This document shows, in pieces, positions 1 through 10,881 of a stretch of DNA of 32,000 bases. Origin of the DNA: Methanothermobacter thermautotrophicus str. Delta H (GTDB lineage: Archaea; Methanobacteriota; Methanobacteria; Methanobacteriales; Methanothermobacteraceae); the NCBI RefSeq assembly GCF_000008645.1, contig NC_000916.1, forward strand, positions 1,500,001 through 1,532,000, given 5' to 3'. The notes beneath the pieces were generated by a model, which saw nothing but the letters and a program-made list of their open reading frames with translations, was not told the origin of the DNA and did no database searches. A program made the position numbers and the translations under genes. How positions within the stretch are numbered: position 1 is the stretch's first letter; the number at the start of each line of letters is the position of its first letter.

Positions 1-516
1 TTCGTTGAGTTCCGGGTCCACAGCCTGGAAATCAACCACATCAACCCCATCTGAAGGTTTTTCTGTACCACAGAGGAAACCCAGGACCCTGAGAACGTTT
101 CTGGTTGGGGATTTGAGGTTGTCAATCATTCTCTGAAAGGTCACATCATTGGCATAGAGGTCTATCCTCACATTTTTGAGGGCCCATCCAGGAACATGTT
201 CAAGGGCAACAACCAGGAATCTCTTACCCTTCATTGCAACGGTACCTGTCAGGTCGCTCCTGAGGGGGTTTCCCCTACTTATAAGGACGAGGTCACCCAC
301 GGATATCTGGGTGTCTATGGGGTCACGTCTTCCGTACTTGACAAGGTGAAATCCCAGCTCCCTCCCGGTTATCTTACCGTTCAATCCATTCACAGCCCTT
401 CGAGCCCTCTCGCGCTGTCGGGGGGAAAGCCTCCTTATCTCATTCATCATGGCGCTTATTTCGGCTTCCCTCTCCATTTCAACAAGTCTTATGAGCCTCT
501 TTATATATGATTTCAG
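1..516 (-). CDS. N-terminal part of a UPF1/IGHMBP2-like superfamily 1 DNA/RNA helicase; continues past the left edge. The first canonical in-frame ATG is at 477, but coding-like sequence reaches about 516
   Basis: Manual minus-strand translation gives (L)KSYIKRLIRLVEMEREAEISAMMNEIRRLSPDSARGLERAVNGLNGKITGRELGFHLVKYGRRDPIDTQISVGDLVLISRGNPLRSDLTGTVAMKGKRFLVVALEHVPGWALKNVRIDLYANDVTFQRMIDNL..., which resembles the N-terminal region of archaeal SMUBP2-like helicases. Not in the supplied track because it runs off the edge. Confidence 0.7.
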   Translation of the reverse strand, partial: MKSYIKRLIRLVEMEREAEISAMMNEIRRLSPRQRERARRAVNGLNGKITGRELGFHLVKYGRRDPIDTQISVGDLVLISRGNPLRSDLTGTVAMKGKRFLVVALEHVPGWALKNVRIDLYANDVTFQRMIDNLKSPTRNVLRVLGFLCGTEKPSDGVDVVDFQAVDPELNE

Positions 517-628
517 CCTGCTGATTCTCTCACCCTCTCCGGATCTTTATAGACTCTCAGAAGATCATATGCTGAAGGGGGTACCATGTCCATTCTGGAT
601 TTCAGGGATTTTAGTCCAGGATCCTCTA

Positions 629-1237
629 TCAGAATGGCGGGTACTCCCCGAAGAATTCCCGGGCATATCTTCTCGCGGTTTCAACCTGCACAGGATACCT
701 GCCTTCAAGACGAAGTTCAAGTTCTTCCCTGGTTTCCGAGGATGCAACCGTCCTGAGGAATTCCACATAGACATCAAGACTCCTGTCTGATCCACCATCC
801 AGACATGGCATCTCAACTGTGAGACAGATATCATCACGTTTGAAGAGCTTCTTACGTATATGTGGAGACACCGATCCTATAAGTACACCCTCTTCAAGTT
901 CTATGAGTGGAGGAACACCCTCAGATGACTTCCTTGACGGATCTGTGAGCTTATCATAGTTTTCCCTGCGGTAGCAGTGGGCCTCAAGGTAGGTTGATGG
1001 CCGGTACTTCTCTATGAGTCTGAGTATCTCCCTCCCCTGGGGGCTCCTGTAGTAGTCAGGGTTGAGGGTGCTGATGTAGGGAGTGGGGTTGCAGCTGTAT
1101 ATTATCAGCCTGCCATTCTCTATGTCATTGAAACCCAGTCTTCTGAGGGCCCTTATGGTGGTGAGACCCTCCCTTCCATGCACACCACCCACAAATAACC
1201 TTACAGGGCCATCCCCCTTATCTATCAACCTGAAAAA
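629..1237 (-). CDS. DUF2119-like conserved methanogen protein. The track ORF extends to 1339 but overlaps ahcY, so the true start is probably internal, near the VTILGFF segment
   Basis: ORF containing FFRLIDKGDGPVRLFVGGVHGREGLTTIRALRRLGF...YLEAHCYR. The start coordinate is approximate. Confidence 0.65.
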   Translation of the reverse strand, partial: FFRLIDKGDGPVRLFVGGVHGREGLTTIRALRRLGFNDIENGRLIIYSCNPTPYISTLNPDYYRSPQGREILRLIEKYRPSTYLEAHCYRRENYDKLTDPSRKSSEGVPPLIELEEGVLIGSVSPHIRKKLFKRDDICLTVEMPCLDGGSDRSLDVYVEFLRTVASSETREELELRLEGRYPVQVETARRYAREFFGEYPPF

Positions 1238-1262
1238 CCCCAATATGGTCACCTGTGGTAGA

Positions 1263-2516
1263 TCAGGTTCCTTCTTCCCAGTTTTCAAGGTAGAGTCTCT
1301 GTTTTTCTGTGAGTTCATCGATCTCAATGCCCATGGCATCGAGTTTCATCCGGGCAACCATCAGGTCTATCTCATCGGGTGCCCGGTAGACTCCAGGGTC
1401 TGGTTTCTCCTGGAGGAGGTGTCTTGCTGATAGTGCCTGCATTGCAAAGCTCATATCCATTATCTCTGCAGGATGACCCTGGCCACGCTCGGATGCAAGG
1501 TTCACAAGCCTGCCCTCAGCCAGAAGATATATTTTACGTCCATCAGGCATTATGAACACCTCGATGTCCTCCTTAACCTTTCCTGTCTCCCTTGAGAGCT
1601 CTTCAAGGGCCTCCCGGTTTATCTCAACGTTGAAGTGGCCGGAGTTCGCCATGACACAGCCATCCTTCATGTTCATGAATTCGGATTCAGAAACCACGTC
1701 TGTGTTCCCGGTGGCTGTTATGAGTATATCGGCCTCCTTAACAGCATCTGAAACCTTCATAACTCTGAAACCATCCATACGTGCTTCAAGAGCTCTTATG
1801 GGATCCACTTCGGTCACTATTACACTGGCTCCAAGTCCCTCAGCCCTCATGGCTATACCGCGACCGCACCACCCGTAGCCGCAGACCACGACGGTCTTCC
1901 CGGCTATCAGCATGTTGGTGGTCCCCATTATGGAGTCAAAGGTTGACTGTCCGGTACCGTAGCGGTTGTCAAAGAGGTACTTGGTGTAGGCGTCGTTCAC
2001 CGCCATCACAGGGAATTTGAGGGCTCCGTCGGCTGCCATTGCCCTCAACCGGTTTATACCAGTGGTTGTCTCTTCACAGGCACCTATTATCCCATCAAGG
2101 AGCTCCGGTCTCTCCCGGTGGACAAGGAATATCATGTCTGCACCATCGTCTATGAGGATTTCAGGTTCATGGTCCAGGACGCGGTGTATGTTCTCATAGT
2201 ATTCCTCGTTTGTCTCCCCACGCCACCCGTACATGTTGAGTCCCATCTTCGCCCCCGCGGCTGTGGCGTCGTCCTGGGTTGATAGGGGGTTGCATCCGGT
2301 CATGGCGACCTCTGCACCGCCTGCCTGGAGTGTGAGACCAAGGTTTATGGTCTTTGGTTCAAGGTGAAGGCATGATCCTATGGTGACTCCTTTGAATGGT
2401 TTCTCCTCTGAGAAGTCACTTTTTATCCTTTCAAGTACAGGCATGTGTTCCTGAACCCATCTGATCTTTTTTTCGCCCTGAGGGGCCAGTGAAATATCTT
2501 TAACTTTATATGGCAT
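1263..2516 (-). CDS. ahcY: Adenosylhomocysteinase (S-adenosyl-L-homocysteine hydrolase)
   Basis: 417 aa ORF with [63 protein letters not shown] (NAD-binding) and the [21 protein letters not shown] tail. Confidence 0.96.
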   Translation of the reverse strand: MPYKVKDISLAPQGEKKIRWVQEHMPVLERIKSDFSEEKPFKGVTIGSCLHLEPKTINLGLTLQAGGAEVAMTGCNPLSTQDDATAAGAKMGLNMYGWRGETNEEYYENIHRVLDHEPEILIDDGADMIFLVHRERPELLDGIIGACEETTTGINRLRAMAADGALKFPVMAVNDAYTKYLFDNRYGTGQSTFDSIMGTTNMLIAGKTVVVCGYGWCGRGIAMRAEGLGASVIVTEVDPIRALEARMDGFRVMKVSDAVKEADILITATGNTDVVSESEFMNMKDGCVMANSGHFNVEINREALEELSRETGKVKEDIEVFIMPDGRKIYLLAEGRLVNLASERGQGHPAEIMDMSFAMQALSARHLLQEKPDPGVYRAPDEIDLMVARMKLDAMGIEIDELTEKQRLYLENWEEGT

Positions 2517-2882
2517 TGCATCACCCGGTTAACATCTTGGAGTTCCTTGTCTGTAGATAATAGGTTGTGGGTCATCACTTAAAAATAATTAATGGGCCCG
2601 GGGGGTGTTAATCTCAGGTGAGATCACTGAACTCAGAGAGGCCCTCAATAACGCCATTCAGTGCACTGGAGTGGGATTTCAGGAATTCAGATCTTATAAG
2701 AATGATTGATACTGACATTTTTTCCATAACAGTCCCTGATCACATCCATCATATGCCCTCTGTTTATGATTACTATGTAGTTATAAGCATCTGATCAAAA
2801 AATTGATCAAAGGTTTATAAGTGAGAAAATTGTTAACTTTATCTAACTATTAAAGGAAAAAGTACATTGTAGGGGGGTTAGA

Positions 2883-3350
2883 ATGAGTGAAATATCTAAG
2901 TATTTAGATAAAATCTATAGGGATATCGCAGGTCCTTTCAAGGATCAAAACATATATGTCCAGAACAGAGAGGGTATAAAAAGCATCAGATTATATGATG
3001 AGAGTGATTTGCATGACGGAGAAAGATCTCATTGGGTAGGGACTTCTCATATCATGATTTTTGATGATGAAGAACCCTTCCTTGCCATCGAGGCAAAAAC
3101 TGTGGCCACTCCCAAAGAAATTGCCGGGCCAGTCCCACTCTACGCACTAACACGTATAGTTAAAATCAATGGAAAACCTTATGATGTGGAATCTCCATTT
3201 CTTCTCCTGATTACAGTTCCAGATCAGCCCAGGGAAGGGCAAAAGAGTGAGCAATTATCTGACTTAGAGAACAAGTTAAAAGATATACTTGATTTAGAGA
3301 GCAAATATTCAAATCTTAAAGATTTTGCATCTGTGAAATTAGCGATTTGA
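2883..3350 (+). CDS. Orphan AT-rich ORF, possible nuclease-like protein; may continue in another frame to about 3412
   Basis: 155 aa ORF preceded by a purine-rich site (GTAGGGGGGTTAGA) and an upstream TTTATAAG TATA-like box near 2812. Contains HIMIFDDEEPFLAIEAKT, with an ExK element resembling the second half of PD-(D/E)XK motifs. Function is weakly supported. Confidence 0.55.
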   Translation: MSEISKYLDKIYRDIAGPFKDQNIYVQNREGIKSIRLYDESDLHDGERSHWVGTSHIMIFDDEEPFLAIEAKTVATPKEIAGPVPLYALTRIVKINGKPYDVESPFLLLITVPDQPREGQKSEQLSDLENKLKDILDLESKYSNLKDFASVKLAI

Positions 3351-3534
3351 AAAAAACTCTAAAGGAACTTCTGGAGAATAATGGTTATGGGAAATATGCT
3401 GATGATTTTTAGGTGACCATTCAGTTTTCACTTAATTAAATTTTGGAGTCAGTATAAAATTAAATCACAGGAGACCTTAAAAATAGAAGTTCTGCAAAAA
3501 TAAAAGGAGTTATAAAAAGGGAGTTATCGAGGAG

Positions 3535-5787
<2,253 letters not shown>

Positions 5788-5896
5788 CTAGTAAATTTAG
5801 GTTACTATAATACATGTACAGGTAATCATATATAAATGTTTCGGTAAAGTTTATATACTATTAGATGGATTTTGTGCGATGTGGTATTAAACAGAG

Positions 5897-7246
5897 TTAC
5901 ACAGAAAGGGTCAGGATCACCTTATTGAGGCACCGATACCCCTCAGAAACACCCAGAATCTCCTCATAACACTCCCTGTCAAACACCTTAACTCTGAGGG
6001 TTAAGCTGAAATGATCAGGGGGTATCTGGGGCCCACGGTAAAGGTCAACAATTTTCACATCAACCACACAGTCAAGCAGACCAATCAGGTGTGCTATGAC
6101 CTCTGGATCCACGGAATCAGAAAAAACAGCAGATACATCATAGACCCTCAGATCAAGGTTTTCGACCTTCCAGCGGCGGAGTTCCTCCTCTGACAGCACC
6201 CTGATGTTGGAGATCTTGAACTTCATGACCCTCTTACCGGACCTCAGCATGGCATAGTCAGGTGTAACAGACTCAAGTACACCAACATGTACCCTGCCTG
6301 AATAGATGTGCTTGATGCCAATCTCCTGACCAACAGAGTTCCTCAGCACAATCAGTTCCTGATTAAGTGCCTCTATGGCCTTATCTGATCGGCCGAGTGA
6401 TGCCTCCACGTCATCTATGTTCTTGGCTGCAAGGCCCATCCCTGCCACAAAGTCATCCATTCGCCCATCCCTCAGCATCTCGTTTAGCCTGGTAGCAGTT
6501 CTCAGGAAACAATCACGCATCTCCTGCCCGTAGGTGTTGTGGGTCTGGATCGAGTAGGCAAGGTAGGGGTTCTGGGCCACTATCCTGGCTATCGTATCTA
6601 TCATAAGGTTGTAGATTGGGCTTGCAAACTTACGGGATTCCCTTATGTCAACACCCTCAGCCTCCAGTGTGGCTGCTATGCTTATGTAGGCGAAGTGTGT
6701 GAGGACCTGAACAACACTCATCATACGGTCATGGGTGGATGGGTCGGTGACTATCACACGGGCCTTTCTCTCCTCAAGGAACCGGATCACATCATCAAGC
6801 CAGGGGTTATCCCCGGAGGGTGTTAGGACGACTACCTGCCCCTCAAGGGATGATACACGGGGTCCAAACATGGGATGGGCCGGGATGTAGTGGGCGCCCC
6901 TGGCTATGAACCTCTCCATGACCCTGGCTGGCTCCTCCTTGACTGAGGTCACATCCATGAGGAGTCCGCCCTCCCTTACATGGGGCGCAACCTCCCTGAG
7001 GACATCCGAGGTCACCTCTATCGGGACGGATACAACCACAACATCGGCCAGTGAGGCAGCCCTCACATTGTCACGGCAGTACTTCGCACCTATCCTTCCG
7101 GCGGCTGATCTGCCAGTATCAGGGTCCCTCCCGGTGATTATGACCCTGAAGCCCTCCTTCCTCAGGAACCTGGCTATCCAGTATCCAAGTTCACGGGTAC
7201 CCCCTATGATGCTGATAATCATCTTACCTACCGTTTCATTATCCAT
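5897..7246 (-). CDS. Prephenate dehydrogenase-like (TyrA-type) protein with a long additional C-terminal region; native start possibly at the MIISIIGG Met (about 7222)
   Basis: 449 aa ORF: IISIIGGTRELGYWIARFLRKEGFRVIITGR Rossmann start, VSVPIEVT, MDVTSVKEEP and HPMFGP motifs. Confidence 0.85.
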   Translation of the reverse strand: MDNETVGKMIISIIGGTRELGYWIARFLRKEGFRVIITGRDPDTGRSAAGRIGAKYCRDNVRAASLADVVVVSVPIEVTSDVLREVAPHVREGGLLMDVTSVKEEPARVMERFIARGAHYIPAHPMFGPRVSSLEGQVVVLTPSGDNPWLDDVIRFLEERKARVIVTDPSTHDRMMSVVQVLTHFAYISIAATLEAEGVDIRESRKFASPIYNLMIDTIARIVAQNPYLAYSIQTHNTYGQEMRDCFLRTATRLNEMLRDGRMDDFVAGMGLAAKNIDDVEASLGRSDKAIEALNQELIVLRNSVGQEIGIKHIYSGRVHVGVLESVTPDYAMLRSGKRVMKFKISNIRVLSEEELRRWKVENLDLRVYDVSAVFSDSVDPEVIAHLIGLLDCVVDVKIVDLYRGPQIPPDHFSLTLRVKVFDRECYEEILGVSEGYRCLNKVILTLSV

Positions 7247-7258
7247 GACATCAAGTAC

Positions 7259-7624
7259 TCACAGCCTATCCACATCATTCCTGAAGGCCTTAACAGCTAT
7301 GTAACCTCCGATACTTCCAAGGAGGAGGCTGATGGCACATACAATCAAGAATCCCACTGACAGACTGAACACATCAGGTCCAACAAGTCCAGCGATTCTT
7401 CCAGGCATCTCTGGCCCGAATATCATCCCGGAGGCAAAGCTGAGAACAGCAAGTATGAGGGATGCGGTACCCCCCTCCCCGGCGCTTCTCCTATCTGGCC
7501 TTGTGAGGTAGGTTGCCAGAAAGCCGGTGAAGGTGTAAACAAACAGTCCATCGATGAAGAAGAGCATCACAAACCCGGCGATTATACTGAGGAAGATTGC
7601 AGTTCCAGATCCATAGTCACCCAT
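7259..7624 (-). CDS. Small membrane protein, conserved hypothetical type. The track ORF start at 7705 is probably too long; MGDYGSGTAIF... at 7624 fits better
   Basis: Hydrophobic segments FLSIIAGFVMLFFIDGLFVYTF, LILAVLSFASGMIFG and FLIVCAISLLLGSIGGYIAV; GGAGTG lies just upstream of the Met at 7624. Confidence 0.7.
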   Translation of the reverse strand: MGDYGSGTAIFLSIIAGFVMLFFIDGLFVYTFTGFLATYLTRPDRRSAGEGGTASLILAVLSFASGMIFGPEMPGRIAGLVGPDVFSLSVGFLIVCAISLLLGSIGGYIAVKAFRNDVDRL

Positions 7625-7664
7625 CACATTACACTCCGAAGCCTTCCATGAGAATACTCCTAGT

Positions 7665-7690
7665 TTTATAATAGCATTCTTATATATTAT
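7665..7690 (+). promoter_or_regulatory. Probable TATA element region for pelA
   Basis: AT-rich TTATATATTATC element upstream of the pelA start at about 7726, in the divergent intergenic region. Exact TSS not determinable. Confidence 0.35.
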
Positions 7691-7725
7691 CATTAACTCC
7701 GCCAATGATTTTTCAGGGTGAATCC

Positions 7726-8787
7726 ATGAGGATAGTTGAAGAGGATGAGAAGAACGGTGTCATTGAACTCGTACCCGAAACCCTTGATGATCTCTGGCAC
7801 CTCTCACACATAATAGAGGAGGGAGACCTCCTATCAGCCAGGACCACGAGGAGGATACAGGATACCAGTGGAGAGAAGATAAGAAGTGACAGGGGAGTTA
7901 AAAAGACATTTTACCTCGGGATAAGGGTGGAAACTGTCAGCTTCCACATCTACACCGGTAGACTGAGGGCCACCGGCGTTATAGAGAGAGGTCCTGAGGA
8001 CCTTGTACCCATGGGCTCCCACCACACCCTTGAGGTAAAACTCAACACACCCCTGAGGATCCAGAAGGAGCACTGGAGCAGATGGACACTTAAGAGGCTC
8101 AGGATGGCTGTAAGGGCATCAAAGAATCTGAAGGCAATCATACTTGTAATGGAGGATGATGTCGCTGAACTGGGCCTCATAAGACAGTACGGGGTGGAGT
8201 ACAGGGGCCCCATAACAGGCCACATTCCTGGTAAGAGAATACAGCAGAGGGACCGGGGTAAACTGAGGCGGGAATTCTATGAGAGCATCGTGGAGTCACT
8301 CCAGAAGTATGGAGACCTTGAGACAATCATAATAGCGGGACCAGGCTTTTACAAGTCAGATTTCTATGACTACCTCATGGAGAGGTATCCTGAAATCGCA
8401 AAGAAGGCGGTACTTGAGAACACCGGGACCGGGGGGCGCGCCGGCATATCCGAGGTCCTTAGGAAGGGGACGGTTGAAAGGGTATCATCAGAGAAGAGGA
8501 TAGCCTCTGAGATAAGGAACGTTAACGAGTTCCTTGAGAAGCTGGCCAGGGACCCTGACTCCGTTGTCTATGGTAAGGTTGAGGTTATGGATGCCATTAA
8601 CATGGGGGCCGTTGAGAAGCTCCTGGTACTGGACAGGGTTGTTAGCAGGGAGGACATTGAGGGCTACCTCGACATGGTTGAGAGCATGGGCGGTTCCGTG
8701 GTACTCATAAGCAGTGAACACGAGGGTGGAAAGCAGCTGGAATCACTGGGAGGCCTGGCAGGGATTCTAAGATTCAAGATCCAGTGA
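7726..8787 (+). CDS. pelA: Pelota-family mRNA surveillance protein
   Basis: MRIVEEDEKNGVIELVPETLDDLWHLSHIIEEGDLLSARTTRRIQ... and eRF1-like domains (IIAGPGFYKSDFYDYL; FGKVEVMDAINMGAVEKLLVLD type). Start chosen inside the 7705 track ORF. Confidence 0.94.
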   Translation: MRIVEEDEKNGVIELVPETLDDLWHLSHIIEEGDLLSARTTRRIQDTSGEKIRSDRGVKKTFYLGIRVETVSFHIYTGRLRATGVIERGPEDLVPMGSHHTLEVKLNTPLRIQKEHWSRWTLKRLRMAVRASKNLKAIILVMEDDVAELGLIRQYGVEYRGPITGHIPGKRIQQRDRGKLRREFYESIVESLQKYGDLETIIIAGPGFYKSDFYDYLMERYPEIAKKAVLENTGTGGRAGISEVLRKGTVERVSSEKRIASEIRNVNEFLEKLARDPDSVVYGKVEVMDAINMGAVEKLLVLDRVVSREDIEGYLDMVESMGGSVVLISSEHEGGKQLESLGGLAGILRFKIQ

Positions 8788-9956
8788 CTTCAGGGGGATT
8801 CAGAATGTTCAGGAGACTTGAGGATCGATGCAGGGGATGTGGAAACTGCCGCGAACTGAAATGCAGTGAAAACTGCACTGGCTGCAGGGCATGCCTCCTT
8901 GTATGTCCTGAGGACGCGATCCTGCCAGGGGAGCCTGAAACTAAAGAATATACGGTAGCAGTGAATGGGAGGGATGTCAGATCAGGAGGCACAGTTGGAG
9001 ATGCCCTGGAGGGGGCGGGCCTTAGAAGGGCTATGATTCCGGGTGAGGGGGATGTATTCTCACCCTGCGCGTCCGGGGCCTGCCTTGCCTGCAGTGTATC
9101 CATTGATGGCTGCATCGCACCATCCTGTGTAACACCCCTCTCTGAGGGCATGGTCATAGAGACGGCACCGGAACCTCCACTCAGGTATGTGAGCAGCTTT
9201 GGTCCCCACACAGCCGGTGGAGTTGGAACTCCATTTTCTGAGAAGACAGGGGCTCCCGTTGAGGTGGTGTGCTTCACCCATGGCTGCAACCTGAGATGTC
9301 CCCAGTGTCAGAACAGTCAGGTTGCATTCACATCACAGGGAAACCTGCTTGACCCCCATGAAACAGCAGGGATCCTCATGGGCCTTGAATCCATCTACAG
9401 GACTGGCACTGTCACAATATCTGGCGGTGAATGCACCCTCAACAGGACATGGCTCTCCACAACCATCAGGGCAATCAGGGAACTTAAAGGGGATGTTAAC
9501 GTCCATGTTGACACCAACGGAACCATTCTTACCCCTGAATATCTGGATGAACTCCTGGATTCAGGAATGAACCGTATAGGGATTGACCTCAAGGGTCTCA
9601 GGCCTGAGACCTTCATGGAGATATCAGGGCTGCATGATGAGAAAACCGCCAGGGTTTACCTTGAGAATTCATGGAATGCATTCAGGTACCTTTCAGAGAA
9701 TCACCGGGACATCTTCATGGGCCTGGGGGTGCCCTACAGCAGGTCACTCATATCCATGGATGAGCTCTCAGCCATGGCCTCAAGGATATCATCCATAAAC
9801 AGGGACGTTCAGGTAACCGTCCTGGATTACAGACCCGAATTCAGGCGCAGGGATATTGAGAGACCATCTGAGGATGAGATGATGAGGGTGAAGGATGTGA
9901 TGATTGATGAGGGCCTAAGGAACGTTGTGGTCCAGACATCAGCGGGTTTCAGGTGA
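8784..9956 (+). CDS. Radical SAM protein of pyruvate-formate-lyase-activating-enzyme type with N-terminal ferredoxin-like and 2Fe-2S-like segments; likely start MFRRLEDRC at about 8805
   Basis: 390 aa ORF: CRGCGNCRELKCSENCTGCRACLLVCP, then CASGACLACSVSIDGCIAPSC, then radical SAM CNLRCPQC, with SGGECTL and HVDTNGT. Confidence 0.85.
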   Translation: MTSGGFRMFRRLEDRCRGCGNCRELKCSENCTGCRACLLVCPEDAILPGEPETKEYTVAVNGRDVRSGGTVGDALEGAGLRRAMIPGEGDVFSPCASGACLACSVSIDGCIAPSCVTPLSEGMVIETAPEPPLRYVSSFGPHTAGGVGTPFSEKTGAPVEVVCFTHGCNLRCPQCQNSQVAFTSQGNLLDPHETAGILMGLESIYRTGTVTISGGECTLNRTWLSTTIRAIRELKGDVNVHVDTNGTILTPEYLDELLDSGMNRIGIDLKGLRPETFMEISGLHDEKTARVYLENSWNAFRYLSENHRDIFMGLGVPYSRSLISMDELSAMASRISSINRDVQVTVLDYRPEFRRRDIERPSEDEMMRVKDVMIDEGLRNVVVQTSAGFR

Positions 9957-9962
9957 TCTGGA

Positions 9963-10873
9963 ATGGATGCGCTATTCATACTGCATGCTTCACAGGATCC
10001 CGGCTCCATAATGGTGGCTGCATTCACTGTAGCTGCACTGACACCTCTCATGGCGGCTCTCATATCACGTATGAGGGATTCGAACCTCTACACTGATGTG
10101 AGGGGAGGAACACCACGGGGCACGGGTCTGGTGCCCTGGATTGTACTCTCTGTCTTCATGCCAGAGCCCCTGAGGTCACCTGTTGTCATCATGGGCCTCC
10201 TGGCCTTCATCGATGACCTCTCAGGAAGGAGAAGGATCCGTGACCTTCCAGTTGAGTGGGGTCAGCTCTCAAGGGGCCTTGGTATCATAGCGGTCACCAT
10301 CCTCACATACCCCATCATGGGACCGGCCGCCCTCCTGGTGGCCCTCATGATACAGCCCCTTAACATTGCAGATATGCAGCCTGGTGTTGCATGCAGCCTG
10401 ACAGTAATCATGTCCCTCCTGGCAGCAGCCATTGCATTCGCGGCTGGTTCAGACATCTACCTACCCCTCCTGGTACTGGCTGTATGCGCTGCCTACTCCC
10501 CCCTGGATTACCTGGGAAGGATAATGATGGGTGAGGTCGGAAACCACAGCTTTGCAGTGGCCCTGGGACTTGCATTCTACGTCGCCGGAGGCGCATGGTC
10601 AGTTCTCATGCTCTTTCTCACAGCCCCCCTCGTCACAGCCATCCTCAGGAGGGGGAACCTCACAGGGTTCCTTGAGGAGAAAATCGGAATTGAAAACCCA
10701 ACTTCGGCGACCTCTACATGGATGTAATGACTGGCGGAGGCCTGGGGGATCTTCTGAGGAGAATTTTACTTGGAAGAAGAAGTTTCAGGGTTGATAACCG
10801 GGTTTTAATCGCAGTGGGTGTGAGGAGGCTTCTCTTCAATCCGTATGCATCTCATGGATCAGAAAATCGGTGA
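9963..10873 (+). CDS. GT4-family polyprenyl-phosphate sugar-phosphate transferase-like membrane protein (MraY/WecA-like). Track ORF ends at 10727; coding potential continues in another frame to 10873
   Basis: Multiple TM segments; LLAFIDDLSGRRRIRDLPVEWGQ resembles the family DD motif and GRIMMGEVGNHSFAVALGLAF resembles the FMGDTGSLALG region. Extension described in findings. Confidence 0.7.
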
Positions 10874-10881
10874 TTTAACCA

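Noticed and set aside
565-837. 90 aa minus-strand ORF overlapping the DUF2119-like gene
   Set aside because: Alternate frame of a better supported gene; composition not protein-like.
1552-2199. Plus-strand ORFs opposite ahcY
   Set aside because: Antisense shadows of a confident adenosylhomocysteinase gene.
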